Below are positions 21,197-31,607 of a stretch of DNA of 64,000 nt, piece by piece. This DNA comes from an uncultured Planctomycetota bacterium (lineage in GTDB: Bacteria; Planctomycetota; Planctomycetia; Gemmatales; Gemmataceae). The notes below the pieces were generated by a model, which did not search any database, was not told the origin of the DNA, and saw only the letters and a program-made list of their open reading frames with translations. The stretch lies in the NCBI GenBank assembly GCA_963849325.1, contig CAWKHF010000002.1, forward strand, positions 909,026 to 973,025, in the 5' to 3' direction. Within the stretch, counting starts at the first letter, position 1; each line of letters opens with the position of its first letter. Position numbers and translations under genes: made by a program.

Positions 21197-23014
21197 ATGG
21201 CGACGAGTCCGATGAGCGAGGTCATCCAGCACCTTCGCCGGGCCGTGCTCCGGCGGGACGGTGCGGGGTTGACCGATGGGCAACTGCTGGAGGACTACAT
21301 CAGCCGCCGGAACGAGGCGGCTCTTGCGGCCCTGGTGCGGCGGCACGGCCCGATGGTCTGGGGCGTGTGCCGCCGTGTCCTCCGCAACTACCACGACGCC
21401 GAGGACGCCTTCCAGGCCACCTTCCTCGTCCTCGTCCGCAAGGCGGCGTCCATCGCTTCAAGGGCGTTGGTTGGCAACTGGCTCTACGGCGTGGCCCACC
21501 AGACGGCGTTGAAGGCGAGGGCGACCACGGCCAAGCGGCGAACGAGAGAGAGGCAGGTGACGGCCATGCCCGAACCAGCCGTCGTGGAACAAGACCTCTG
21601 GCGTGATCTGCAACCCCTGCTGGACGAGGAGTTGAGCCGCCTGCCGGACAAGTACCGAGCCGTCATCGTCCTGTGCGATCTGGAGGGGAAGACCCGCAAG
21701 GAAGCGGCTCGGCAACTCGGCTGTCCCGAAGGGACGGTGGCGGGGCGGTTGGCGAGGGCGAGGACGATGCTGGCGAAGCGGCTCACCCAACGGGGCGTCG
21801 CCTTGTCCGGCGGGATGCTGGCGGCGGTGCTGTCGCAGAAGGCGGCGTCGGCGGGCGTGCCGACCTCGGTGGTGACTTCCACGATCAAAGCCGCAAGCCT
21901 GTTTGCGGCGGGAACGGCGGCTACGGGAGCGATTTCGGTCAAGGTCGCCGCCCTGACAGAAGGAGTGCTGAAAGCCATGTTGCTAACGAAATGCAAAATC
22001 ATGATCGTGCTGGTCGGAGCGCTGAGTGCCCTCGTCTTTCTCGGCTTTACCGCCTATCACGGCTTGGCACAACCATCAGGGAACGAAAACACGCGGGAGG
22101 CAGCGAAAGCGGCTGAACAGACACCGGCGAGCAAGGACGGCGACGAGTCGGCCAAGGAGGAGTCGGACACTCACTCTTGCTGGCTCGCCTTCGGGCCGAA
22201 AGGAAAGGTCCGCGTCTTGATGCGTCTGAAAGGCAACGAAGTGGCTGTTGACCGGGATGGTGACGGCAAGTTCGACAGCAAAGGCGAGCGTTTCGCATCC
22301 GAGAAGGACTGCAAGAAGGTTGTGATCGCTGACCCGGACGGCAAAACCTCCTACGTCATCACCGGCGTCCATGTTCTCCACGTCGTCCCGCCAGATAAGT
22401 TCGTGTCTGTCCGGGTCAACATTCGGGGGAAAGCCCCCTCCTACGCGCAGGAAAGCCTTGTCAAGATGGAGAATCGCCCGAATGATGCACCCCAAGCACA
22501 GTTTTACGGCCCACTGACGGTTTCACCGTATTTTAAGCAGGTTATGAACCGTGTTGATGTCCTCTTTGAAAACGATCTCGTAAAGGTATCAGGACTGCTG
22601 CCCGAATCTGCCCGGAAGATGGCAGGCTTGGTCCTCGGCCCCGACTCATCCTTACCCAAATTCTTGAAGAGAGATAAGCCAACGAACCTGTTTGCTCACC
22701 TGGCCACGGATGGAGAGAATAGCATTGTATCGGTCTGCTCGCCCGCGGAGACCGAGGAGAAGAGGAGGGAGGTCGCTCCCTTCCCCAAGGGCGTTCACCC
22801 CTTTGTGGACGTGGAGTTCCCGGCGAAGCAGCCGAGCGGTCCACGAATCAAGAGGCGGTATCCTCTCGATCAATGGATTGGTCTCTATCGTGGCTCCGTA
22901 TCGGTTCCTGCGGACGCCGGTGTTGGCAGGGCCAAGGTGACGTTCGGCTTCGACACCTGGAAGGGAATCAAAGCCATCCCCACCACCGTGGAAATCCCCG
23001 TGGACGAGCCATAA
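21197..23014 (+). CDS. ECF sigma-70 factor with TM helix and C-terminal extension
   Basis: DGQLL, HGPMVWGVCRR, DAEDAFQATFLVL, WLYGVA, LPDKYR, GTVAGRLARAR; hydrophobic segment then divergent tail. Confidence 0.92.
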   Translation: MATSPMSEVIQHLRRAVLRRDGAGLTDGQLLEDYISRRNEAALAALVRRHGPMVWGVCRRVLRNYHDAEDAFQATFLVLVRKAASIASRALVGNWLYGVAHQTALKARATTAKRRTRERQVTAMPEPAVVEQDLWRDLQPLLDEELSRLPDKYRAVIVLCDLEGKTRKEAARQLGCPEGTVAGRLARARTMLAKRLTQRGVALSGGMLAAVLSQKAASAGVPTSVVTSTIKAASLFAAGTAATGAISVKVAALTEGVLKAMLLTKCKIMIVLVGALSALVFLGFTAYHGLAQPSGNENTREAAKAAEQTPASKDGDESAKEESDTHSCWLAFGPKGKVRVLMRLKGNEVAVDRDGDGKFDSKGERFASEKDCKKVVIADPDGKTSYVITGVHVLHVVPPDKFVSVRVNIRGKAPSYAQESLVKMENRPNDAPQAQFYGPLTVSPYFKQVMNRVDVLFENDLVKVSGLLPESARKMAGLVLGPDSSLPKFLKRDKPTNLFAHLATDGENSIVSVCSPAETEEKRREVAPFPKGVHPFVDVEFPAKQPSGPRIKRRYPLDQWIGLYRGSVSVPADAGVGRAKVTFGFDTWKGIKAIPTTVEIPVDEP

Positions 23015-23289
23015 ACGGATAAGAGCGAGCAGCCGAAATCCCCGGCGACGGATAAATCAACTCCTCAAGCGGAAAGCAGGCTAAGCGGTGCCGCTATGGC
23101 CTCAGCGTCGGGATGAAGTTCCGCGGCACGATCTCGGCCACCCTGCGGACTGTCCGTGGGAAAGGGCCGGACGCCGAAGTGGAGATGAAAAGGGCCGCAG
23201 CCCATGACGCTACAGCCCTCGGAAACGGTTTGTGTCTGTCCCTGGCGTTCGATTTCGAAGCGATAATGCGGACGCCTCGGGCTGGTAAC

Positions 23290-24579
23290 TCACTCATACC
23301 AGTCGGTTCGCGTCAGCGGCAATCGCGCATCGCCGCGATCCGGCTTGGCCAGCAGCGATTGGTAGAGATTGAGCGCCTGGATCTCGTAGCCGTACCGCGA
23401 TCGCGCCAGGTACTGGCGGAAGATGCGGAACGTCGTCTCGTCGGTCAAGCGGACGACTTCTTCGTGGCGCTGCTCCAGGCGTTGGAGCCAGTGCTTCAGC
23501 GTGAGAGCGTAGTGCTCGCGCAGTCCCTCCACGTCGCGCACCTCGAAGCCGGCCTCCTCCGCCTTGCGCAAGATGGTGCTGATGGGCCGCAGCTCGCCGT
23601 CGGGGAAGACGTAGCTTTCGGAGAACAGATGGCGCGGGATTGGTTCGCCGGCGGTGATGGTGATGCTCTGGTTGAAGAAGACGCCGCCCGGCCGCAACAG
23701 TTTCCAGGCCGCCCCGAAGAACGTCGGCATGTTCACTTCGCCGACGTGCTCAATCATGCAGATGGCGGCCAACTTGTCGTAGCCCTCCGGCTCATCCACC
23801 TCGCGGTAGTCGCGGTACTCAACGCGGCAGCGTCCCTCCAGCCCGGCCTGGCGAATACGCTCCTGCGCCCATTCGGCCTGGCGCCGACTGAGGGTGACGC
23901 CGGCCGCCTTGACGCCGTAGTTCTGGGCGGCGTGAATGACCAGGCCGCCCCAACCGCAACCGAGGTCGAGCAGACGCTCTCCCGGCCGGAGCCGCAGCTT
24001 CTTGCAGACGTAATCCAACTTGCGCTCCTGAGCGGTGTCGAGGTCATCCTGAGCGTCGGTGAAATAAGCACAAGTGTAGACCATGTGGCGGTCCAGCCAC
24101 AGCGAGAAGAAGTCGTTGGACAGGTCGTAGTGGTAGCTGATGGCTTGCCGATCGCGCTCCAGGGAGTGCTTGCTGCCCTGGAGTCGGGCGGCGCGGCCGG
24201 CGGGGCGGGGCTGGCCGGTGTTGGGCAAGCGGAGCAAGCGGGGCGCGAGGCGGAGACGCTGCCGCAGTCCGGGTTTGTTCTTCTGAAGGTGCCGCAGCAG
24301 GCCAATGAAGGCCACCATGTCGCCCTCAACGTCGAAGTCGTCGTAGACGTAGGCCTCGCCCATCCTCAGATGGCTGGCGCGCCAGAACATCTGCCGCAGC
24401 GTCCCAGGGTGCTTCAGCACGAGCGTGAACTTGGCGGTTTGTCCAGGGTCCGGCTCCCAGGTCGTGCCGTCCCAGAAGCGGACGGCGAAGTCACGCGGCT
24501 GGTAGCGAACCAGGAGATCCTGGAGAAAGGACAGGCTGGTCTGAACGGCGGGGTCTTTGGTGATCTGTTGGGTGCTCAT
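23290..24579 (-). CDS. cfa: Cyclopropane-fatty-acyl-phospholipid synthase family methyltransferase
   Basis: ISYHYDLSNDF, YTCAYF, AQERKL, LDLGCGWGG, GVTLS, IEHVG, YVFPDG, HYALTL. Confidence 0.9.
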   Translation of the reverse strand: MSTQQITKDPAVQTSLSFLQDLLVRYQPRDFAVRFWDGTTWEPDPGQTAKFTLVLKHPGTLRQMFWRASHLRMGEAYVYDDFDVEGDMVAFIGLLRHLQKNKPGLRQRLRLAPRLLRLPNTGQPRPAGRAARLQGSKHSLERDRQAISYHYDLSNDFFSLWLDRHMVYTCAYFTDAQDDLDTAQERKLDYVCKKLRLRPGERLLDLGCGWGGLVIHAAQNYGVKAAGVTLSRRQAEWAQERIRQAGLEGRCRVEYRDYREVDEPEGYDKLAAICMIEHVGEVNMPTFFGAAWKLLRPGGVFFNQSITITAGEPIPRHLFSESYVFPDGELRPISTILRKAEEAGFEVRDVEGLREHYALTLKHWLQRLEQRHEEVVRLTDETTFRIFRQYLARSRYGYEIQALNLYQSLLAKPDRGDARLPLTRTDWYE

Positions 24580-24813
24580 GACGAAGGCAAAACTCCTCGG
24601 AGCCGGAAGCGTAAGCGAAACCTCGTCTCAAATTAACCGAGAGTCAACCTCCCGTCAATCAATCGAGAGAGAGAATGGGTCGGATGCGGAGCCTTTTTCG
24701 GTGGGGCAAGCCATTCGTTCCGAAAACTCGTTGCAAATCGCGCCCGGCCGGGACAGGATAAACGTTCGTCCGGCGGACGGTCGCTGGACGAACGTTTCTC
24801 TCGGGAGGACACC

Positions 24814-25452
24814 ATGCGTCACACTCTGCTCTTGGCCGCCCTGCTCGCCCCCCTGGCCTTGTTGGCCGGCTTTCCGGCTGCGCTGGCCGACAGCTCGACG
24901 AGCGATTTCTTCAACGGCAAGGACCTCGACGGCTGGGAAGGCTTGACCCGGTACTGGAGCGTCAAGGACGGCGCCATCGTCGGCTACACGCCGGAAGACC
25001 CCAAGTACAACACGTTCCTGTGTAGCAAGAAGAAGTACAGCGACTTCGAGATGCAGTTCAAGGTGCGTCTCAAGGACGGCGTCGGCAACAGCGGCGTGCA
25101 GATCCGCAGCAAGAAAGTCGAGAACCCGGAGAAGTTCATCGTGGCCGGGCCGCAGTGCGACATCGGCGCCGGTTACTGGGGCAGTCTGTACGGCGAGCGT
25201 TTCGGCGGCATGATGAAGCAATCGCCGCCGGAGCTAGTCAAGAAGGTGGTCAAGGCCAGCGACTTCAATGACTACGCCATCAAGTGCGTCGGCAAGCACG
25301 TCACCATCCAGGTCAACGGCGAAACGATGGTCGATGGCGACTTCCCCAAGATGCCGGACGACGGCATCATCGCCTTGCAGTTGCACGCCGGATTCAAATC
25401 GATGGAAGTGACCTTCAAGGACATTCATTTCAAGGATCTCAGCAAGAAGTAA
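24814..25452 (+). CDS. DUF1080 secreted protein
   Basis: FNGKDLDGW, GNSGVQIRS, GPQCDI, GSLYGE, GIIALQLH. Confidence 0.9.
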   Translation: MRHTLLLAALLAPLALLAGFPAALADSSTSDFFNGKDLDGWEGLTRYWSVKDGAIVGYTPEDPKYNTFLCSKKKYSDFEMQFKVRLKDGVGNSGVQIRSKKVENPEKFIVAGPQCDIGAGYWGSLYGERFGGMMKQSPPELVKKVVKASDFNDYAIKCVGKHVTIQVNGETMVDGDFPKMPDDGIIALQLHAGFKSMEVTFKDIHFKDLSKK

Positions 25453-25478
25453 GTCACCTCTCCGGGCACGCTCCCTCC

Positions 25479-25509
25479 GCGTCAGCGAGGGAGCTCCCTC
25501 GCTGACGCT
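25479..25509. repeat. REP-like palindrome
   Basis: GCGTCAGCGAGGGAGCTCCCTCGCTGACGC. Confidence 0.8.
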
Positions 25510-25601
25510 GCGGCGCCCGGCGATGATTTGCATGACATGAGACAGATGCGATCCACGGCACGTCTCTTGCATCTGCTCCAGCAGGCCCCGAGGAGACATC
25601 C

Positions 25602-25824
25602 ATGAGTACGCAAGAGGTCGAGCAGTTGAAGGTCTTCCCGGCGGGAGACCAGAACATCATCCACGTTCCCAACGGTCGAGGGGAGGAGTTGCGTCTGCAC
25701 CTGGCCTCTCACGGCGTCCGCGCGGGTCAGCCCGGCGGCGGAAACGCCCTATGAGCGGGTGGAGGTCGATGGCGACATCGACGCCGAGGCGCTTCAGGCA
25801 CTCGTGGACCAGTGGGAGCGCTGA
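25602..25824 (+). CDS. Small hypothetical protein (one frameshift)
   Basis: AGGAG RBS; MSTQEVEQLKVFPAGDQNIIHVPNGRGEELRLHLASHG.. / ..ETPYERVEVDGDIDAEALQALVDQWER*. Confidence 0.5.
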
Positions 25825-25851
25825 TCGGCAGGCACCGGAAGGCACTCGCCA

Positions 25852-26610
25852 TCAGCCGCGGCCGACGAAAGGCATCTTGGCGGCCATCACGGTCAGAAAC
25901 AGGACGTTGGCGTCCAGGGGCAGGCCGGCCATGTACAGCACGGCCCGCGCTACGTGTTCGACGTCCATCGTCGGCTCGACGGCGGTTGTGCCGTTGGCCT
26001 GCGGCACGCCTTCCTTCATTCGGGCCGTCATGTCGGTCCCGGCGTTGCCGATGTCGATTTGGCCGCAGGCGATGTCGTAGTCGCGGCCGTCGAGGGCGGT
26101 CGATTTGGTCAGCCCGGTGATGGCGTGCTTGGTGGCCGTGTATGGCGCCGAGCGCGGCCGGGGTGTATGCGCCGAGATGGAGCCGTTGTTGATGATGCGC
26201 CCACCCCGCAGCACCTGCTCCTTCATCAACCGAAACGCCGCCTGAGTACAGAGGAACGCGCCGGTCAGATTCACGTCCACGACCCGGCGCCACTGCTCGA
26301 CCGTTAGCTCTTCCAGGGGCACGGACAGGGCGCCCGTGCCAGCGTTATTGAACAGGAGATCGAGGCGACCAAAGATTTCCTTCGTCTGGTCGAAGAGGTT
26401 GCGCACCGACGCGGGATCGCTCACGTCGGTTGGAACGGCCCGCGCTCGCACGCTGGCCGGGCCTGCTTGGGTCACGGTCTCTTCGAGGGTCTCCCGATGG
26501 CGCCCGGCCAGCGCCACGGAGTAGCCCTCGCGCAGCAGCGCGAGGGCCACAGCCCTGCCGATCCCGGAGCCTGCACCCGTAACGACCGCTATTTTCCCGG
26601 TGCCCGTCAT
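25852..26610 (-). CDS. SDR family oxidoreductase
   Basis: [20 protein letters not shown]. Confidence 0.92.
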   Translation of the reverse strand: MTGTGKIAVVTGAGSGIGRAVALALLREGYSVALAGRHRETLEETVTQAGPASVRARAVPTDVSDPASVRNLFDQTKEIFGRLDLLFNNAGTGALSVPLEELTVEQWRRVVDVNLTGAFLCTQAAFRLMKEQVLRGGRIINNGSISAHTPRPRSAPYTATKHAITGLTKSTALDGRDYDIACGQIDIGNAGTDMTARMKEGVPQANGTTAVEPTMDVEHVARAVLYMAGLPLDANVLFLTVMAAKMPFVGRG

Positions 26611-26699
26611 CGTCTCGATGCCTCGTTGAAAGAAGGGTAAAGCAGCGGCTCCCGAACCTACTCGATCTATGTCGCCGATCCTGGATCGGCCACACGAAG

Positions 26700-28207
26700 G
26701 GGTGTGAATCATTTACTTGGGTGACTTTACGCGGCGGCGCGGTGAGGCTGCGACCAGAAGCCGTCCCACACCTTGCCGCCACTGACATATAAAGCCCGTA
26801 GGGCCGCCACGGTCGCCGCACCGTCTTCTACCCAGCGCATGCCCGAACCCTTGAGCCTTTCACCGATGATCTTGCAGCCCGCCTCCGTCGGCCCACTGCC
26901 GATGTCCCAGCCCTTCTGACGATAGCGCGGATAATCGGTGCGATGCCGGTTGTTCTCGAAGTAGCCGATCAGCTTCCGCAGTTCCTCGTGAACCTCTGCC
27001 GATGTCTCCGGCGGCAAGTCCAACGCCCGCAAAAAGGTGAGCAAGGCTTCGCCCCCTTGCTCATAGAGGATTCCTTTGGCCTGCTGCTGCCACAGCACGC
27101 GGGCCGTTTCCTCGCCGGCATGCCAGACGTTGGCGAAGGCACAGAGGTGTTCGGCGGCGTGATACCAATCCAGGATAGTCGTCAGGTTCTCGGCCAGGTG
27201 ACGCTGCAAGGCTTCTTCCAGGCCGTTGCCGCCGTCGGTCACGGCGATCAAGTCACTCACCCGCGTAACGCCCAACGCCCGGGCCTGCGCGCGCACTTGC
27301 TCCGCCAGCACATCGAGGTCGAAATCGACCAGGTAGCGGCTGTGCTCCTTTTGCGGCGTGTACAACAACGCGGTGTAGAGCATGCGATGCTCGGCCTTGC
27401 CTGCTCCGATCCCCTGCATCGGCACGCTGAAGGCGTCCAGGCCGACATAGGCCGCGGGCTGCCCTTCCCTTCGCGGTGCGGTCCAGAGGAGTTCGGGCTG
27501 CGTCGGCTCGACCATCGGCCCCGCTTTCTGCTGCGCCCGCAAGCGTTCGCCCTCCCCTTGGGTACAGCGCAATACCGAGGAAGCCGACAGACGCACTCCG
27601 GAGAAACGCCGGAGGATGTCTTCGGACGCATCGCCGAAAGGCACCATCGTCCCGGCCAGACAGACCAGCGGCCGCAAGCCGGGGCTGATGGCATCGTGCA
27701 AGCCCAGTACCTCGTCGTAGGGGATGCAACTGTGGTGGCAGCGGGCACAGTAGTAATAGGCGCGCTCCAGACGCACCTCGCCATGCACGGTCAACAGCCG
27801 CCGGGACTGGTAGGAATGAAACTTGGCCGTGTGCCCGCACAAGGTGCAGCGTACGCTGGAGCCTACGTAGCCCTTTTTTTCCGGCTCGCCACGCTGGCTT
27901 GCCGGACGTGGTTGACCAGCTTCTGCCCGGCATCGCGGAACTCGAAGTCGATGGCGCCGAATTCCTCCGCCTCGGGAACATCGACGGCCCTTTCGACAAG
28001 CTGGCGAACGGTCTGTTCGATCTGGGGTCGCAGCTGTTGCAGGATGGCTTCGATGCGTTCTTGGCGGGATGGGGCCACTGGGGAAGGACCGTGCTGGGAA
28101 GCCATGATGCAACTCCTGAGTGTGAAGAAGGCGTGTGCGTTTTGGACCTGGGAGTCAACCTATCGCGCGACAAGCCAAAAACCCACCCAAGTAACAGCTG
28201 CCCACCC
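26700..28207 (-). mobile_element. Complete insertion sequence, ISKra4-family-like
   Basis: Imperfect terminal IRs GGGTG-N8-TTACTTGGGTG at both ends; 9-bp direct repeat CACACGAAG at 26691-26699 and 28208-28216. Confidence 0.9.
26727..28105 (-). CDS. ISKra4-like DDE transposase expressed by putative -1 frameshift
   Basis: OrfA 28105-27863 ends RKKRAT; A7G slippery run near 27874-27880; OrfB has C..C/RAYYYC..C, TDGG, LDWYHA, IGSGPTE, RLKGSGMRW. Confidence 0.88.
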
Positions 28208-28330
28208 CACACGAAGAGCACCGTCGCTTTCTTCTTGAATGGCGATACCACCCCCTGCTAGAGTTAGGTTCAAGAGAAGTCTTTTTCGTGTCTGTTGTCG
28301 CCGGTTTCTTCGCTTCGTGCAGGATCCTTC

Positions 28331-31300
28331 ATGGACATTCTTCCGATTCAGGCACCGACCGGCCGGAAAGGGCTACGCGACGTGCGCGGCCGACCGTATG
28401 AGCCGGCCATCGGGCCGCGTCTGAAAATCCTCCTGTTCGTCGTCTTCGCCGCCGCCGCCGTCCTCGGCGTCACCGGCGTCTATCTGCTCGCCATCGACGT
28501 GCTCGAACGAGTCAGCGGCCGCACCTACACCAATCCGTTCACCTTGCGGATGTTCGTCATCCACATCCTGGTTGGACTCGGCATCCTCCTGCCCTTTCTG
28601 GTGTTCGGCTGCACGCACCTGCTGACCGCCCGCAAACGCAAGAATCGTCGGGCCGTCAAGCTGGGCATCACGCTGTTCGTCACCAGCCTCCTCGTCCTGG
28701 CCAGCGGGTTGGCGCTGATCCAGCTGTCCGGTCTGCCGCAGCTGCCGACCGGCAGCATGGCGCGCTGGATCGTGTACGTCCTGCACGCCGTTGCGCCGGC
28801 CGCCGCGGTCGTGCTCTATGTCCTGCACCGCCGGGCCGGGCCGGACATCCAGTGGAAGTACGGTTACGCCTGGGGCGGCGTCGTCGCCGTCTTCGTCGCC
28901 GCCATGATCGTCCTGCACTTACAGGATCCGCGTCCGTGGTTCGCCGTCGGCCCGCGCGAGGGCGAAAAATACTTCGAGCCGTCCAAGGCGCGAACCGCCG
29001 GCGGCACCTTCATCCCCGCCAGCGCCCTGATGAAAGACGAATACTGCATGCAATGCCACCCCGACGTGTACAATCAGCACTTCCACTCGGCGCACCACTT
29101 CAGCTCGTTCAACAATCCGCCCTATCGCTTCAGCGTCCGCGAGTCGCGCAAGATCCTCGATGAGCAGGGCATCCCCCGCGCCTCACGCTGGTGCGCCGGC
29201 TGTCACGATCCGGTGCCGTTCTTCTCCGGCGCCTTCGACGATCCCAACTTCGACGACGAACATCACCCCACGGCGAAGGCCGGCATCACCTGCGTCGTCT
29301 GCCACGCCATCACCAACGTCAATAGCACCGAGGGCAACGCCGCCTACACCATTGAAGAACCGCTGCCCTATCCCTTCGCCTACAGCGACAACCCATTGCT
29401 GCGCTGGTTCAGCAACCAGGTGGTCAAGGCCAAGCCGGACTTTCACAAGAAGACGTTCTTGAAGTCGTTCCACCGCCGCGCCGACATCAACTCGGAGTTC
29501 TGCTCGACCTGCCACAAGGTCAGCCTGCCGGTCGAGCTGAACCACTACAAGGAGTTTCTGCGCGGCCAGAACCATTACGACACGTTTCTGCTCAGCGGCG
29601 TGTCCGGCCACGGGGCGCGTAGCTTTTATTATCCGCCGAAGGCGAAGAACAGCTGCAATCAGTGTCACATGCCGCTGCAAACCAGCAACGACTTCGGCGC
29701 GAAGGACTTCGACGACAGCGGCGTCCGCAAGGTCCACGACCATTTCTTTCCGGCGGCCAACACCGGCCTGCCGTGGATCCTCGGCCGGATGCCCGAACAC
29801 GCCGCCCACGCCGAGGGCTTCCGGCAAGCGGCCCAGAAGAACGCCGACTTCCTCCGCGGCACCGACCCGCAAGGCAAGGACGCTTCCCTGCGCATCGATC
29901 TGTTCGCCCTCAAGGAAGGCGGGACCATTGATGGCCGATTCCTCGGTCCGTTGCGGCCGGAGTTGCCGAAGCTGAAACCGGGGCGAAGCTACCTGGTCGA
30001 AGTGGTCATCCGCACGGTCGGCATGGGCCATCCATTCACGCAGGGCACGGTCGATTCCAACGAGGTCTGGGTGGACTTCACGGCCACGTCGGCCGGCGCG
30101 GTCCTCGGCCGCTCGGGCGCCCTGACGGGTCGGGACGACAGCGGCGCCGTGGACGAATCGGCGCATCGGCTCAACGTTCTGATGCTCGATCGCCACGGCC
30201 AGCGCGTCAATCGCCGCAACCCGGAGGACATCTTCACCCCGCTGTACAACCACCAGATCCCACCGGGCGCGGGCCAGGTCGTCCACTACGAGTTGAAGGT
30301 GCCGGCCGACGTAAAAGGCCCCATCGAGCTGGCGGTGCGGGTGCGCTATCGCAAGTTCGATTTCGAGTACATGAAGCTCGTTTACGGCAGCATCGACAAG
30401 GTGCCGAAACTGCCCATCGTCGATCTGTGCGCCGATCGCGTCATCCTGCCGGTCGAGGGCGTCGCCGACAAGGTGCCAGAGCAGATCTCGCCCATCAAGC
30501 CGGCCTGGCAGCGCTGGAACGATTACGGCATCGGCTGTCTGATCGAGGGTGGACCCGAGGAGAAAAAGGGAGAGCTGCGCCAAGCCGAAGAGGCGTTCAA
30601 GAGCCTTTTGAAAGCTTATCCGAAAGAGGCAGCCGGACACGCTTACCTGAACCTGGCCCGCGTCTACGAGAAGGAAGGACGATTGACCGAGGCGGTTCGG
30701 GCGCTGGAGAAGGCGCGGCAGGCCGAGCCTCCGGTCCCGTGGTGGACCCTAGCGTGGCTGAATGGGATCGTCACCTTACAGAACGCCACCGAGCGCAAGG
30801 ACTTCGACGCGGCCATCGCCAACTTCCGCCGCATCTTCGATCCCGACAACCAGGAGCGGTCTCGCGGCTTCGACTTTACGAAAGATTACGTTGTCCTCAA
30901 CGAGCTGGCCCGCGCCTTGTACGACCGGGCGCAGATCGAGGGCAACAACCCCGCGGCCCGCGATCCCTTCCTGCGGGAGGCGATCGACACCTACGAACGC
31001 ACCCTGCGCCTGGATTCGGAGAACTTGCAGGCTCATTATGGGATGCACCAGTGCTTCCGCCTACTCGGCCGGGCCATGCCGAGGACCAAGCTGCCCGACA
31101 AGCCAGAGGAGACTGACGAAGCGTCCATGCAGGCGCTGGCCCGGACCCTGATCGATGCCACGATGGACAAACCGGCACGGCTGGAGGCGGCCGGCCTTCT
31201 CGCTCGGAACATCAGCCGCCTGGGAAGCGAGCCGCTCTCGGTGAGTCAGCCGAAGCGCATTCGCTTCGAGATGCTGCTGTCCCGAATCGGGCCGTACTTC

Positions 31301-31507
31301 CATCGGGAGGACGAGGCCGAGCTGAAGGCGGCGGCGGCGCACGTGCTCGACAAGCTGCACCAGGAGATGCACGCCATCTTCAAGCCCGACGACATCGCTC
31401 AGAGCCGCGCCGTGCAGGCACACCGGCAGAAACACCCCGCCGCCGACCACGCGGCCGAGTCCATCGTCATTTATCCGCTGCACCGTCCCGGCGCGCCGGG
31501 GTTGTGA
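28331..31507 (+). CDS. Membrane-anchored pentaheme c-type cytochrome with TPR region
   Basis: About five N-terminal hydrophobic helices; CMQCH, CAGCH, CVVCH, CSTCH, CNQCH; C-terminal TPR-like helices. Confidence 0.85.
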   Translation: MDILPIQAPTGRKGLRDVRGRPYEPAIGPRLKILLFVVFAAAAVLGVTGVYLLAIDVLERVSGRTYTNPFTLRMFVIHILVGLGILLPFLVFGCTHLLTARKRKNRRAVKLGITLFVTSLLVLASGLALIQLSGLPQLPTGSMARWIVYVLHAVAPAAAVVLYVLHRRAGPDIQWKYGYAWGGVVAVFVAAMIVLHLQDPRPWFAVGPREGEKYFEPSKARTAGGTFIPASALMKDEYCMQCHPDVYNQHFHSAHHFSSFNNPPYRFSVRESRKILDEQGIPRASRWCAGCHDPVPFFSGAFDDPNFDDEHHPTAKAGITCVVCHAITNVNSTEGNAAYTIEEPLPYPFAYSDNPLLRWFSNQVVKAKPDFHKKTFLKSFHRRADINSEFCSTCHKVSLPVELNHYKEFLRGQNHYDTFLLSGVSGHGARSFYYPPKAKNSCNQCHMPLQTSNDFGAKDFDDSGVRKVHDHFFPAANTGLPWILGRMPEHAAHAEGFRQAAQKNADFLRGTDPQGKDASLRIDLFALKEGGTIDGRFLGPLRPELPKLKPGRSYLVEVVIRTVGMGHPFTQGTVDSNEVWVDFTATSAGAVLGRSGALTGRDDSGAVDESAHRLNVLMLDRHGQRVNRRNPEDIFTPLYNHQIPPGAGQVVHYELKVPADVKGPIELAVRVRYRKFDFEYMKLVYGSIDKVPKLPIVDLCADRVILPVEGVADKVPEQISPIKPAWQRWNDYGIGCLIEGGPEEKKGELRQAEEAFKSLLKAYPKEAAGHAYLNLARVYEKEGRLTEAVRALEKARQAEPPVPWWTLAWLNGIVTLQNATERKDFDAAIANFRRIFDPDNQERSRGFDFTKDYVVLNELARALYDRAQIEGNNPAARDPFLREAIDTYERTLRLDSENLQAHYGMHQCFRLLGRAMPRTKLPDKPEETDEASMQALARTLIDATMDKPARLEAAGLLARNISRLGSEPLSVSQPKRIRFEMLLSRIGPYFHREDEAELKAAAAHVLDKLHQEMHAIFKPDDIAQSRAVQAHRQKHPAADHAAESIVIYPLHRPGAPGL

Positions 31508-31523
31508 GCAGGTCGATCTCAAC

Positions 31524-31585
31524 GGCGAGCGGGGGGCGTAAGCCCCCTGTTGGACGCAACAGGGGGCTTACGCCCCCCGCTCGCC
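31524..31585. repeat. REP-like palindrome
   Basis: GGCGAGCGGGGGGCGTAAGCCCCCTGTT...AACAGGGGGCTTACGCCCCCCGCTCGCC. Confidence 0.9.
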
Positions 31586-31607
31586 CGCTTTCCGGAGTCA
31601 TCGATTT

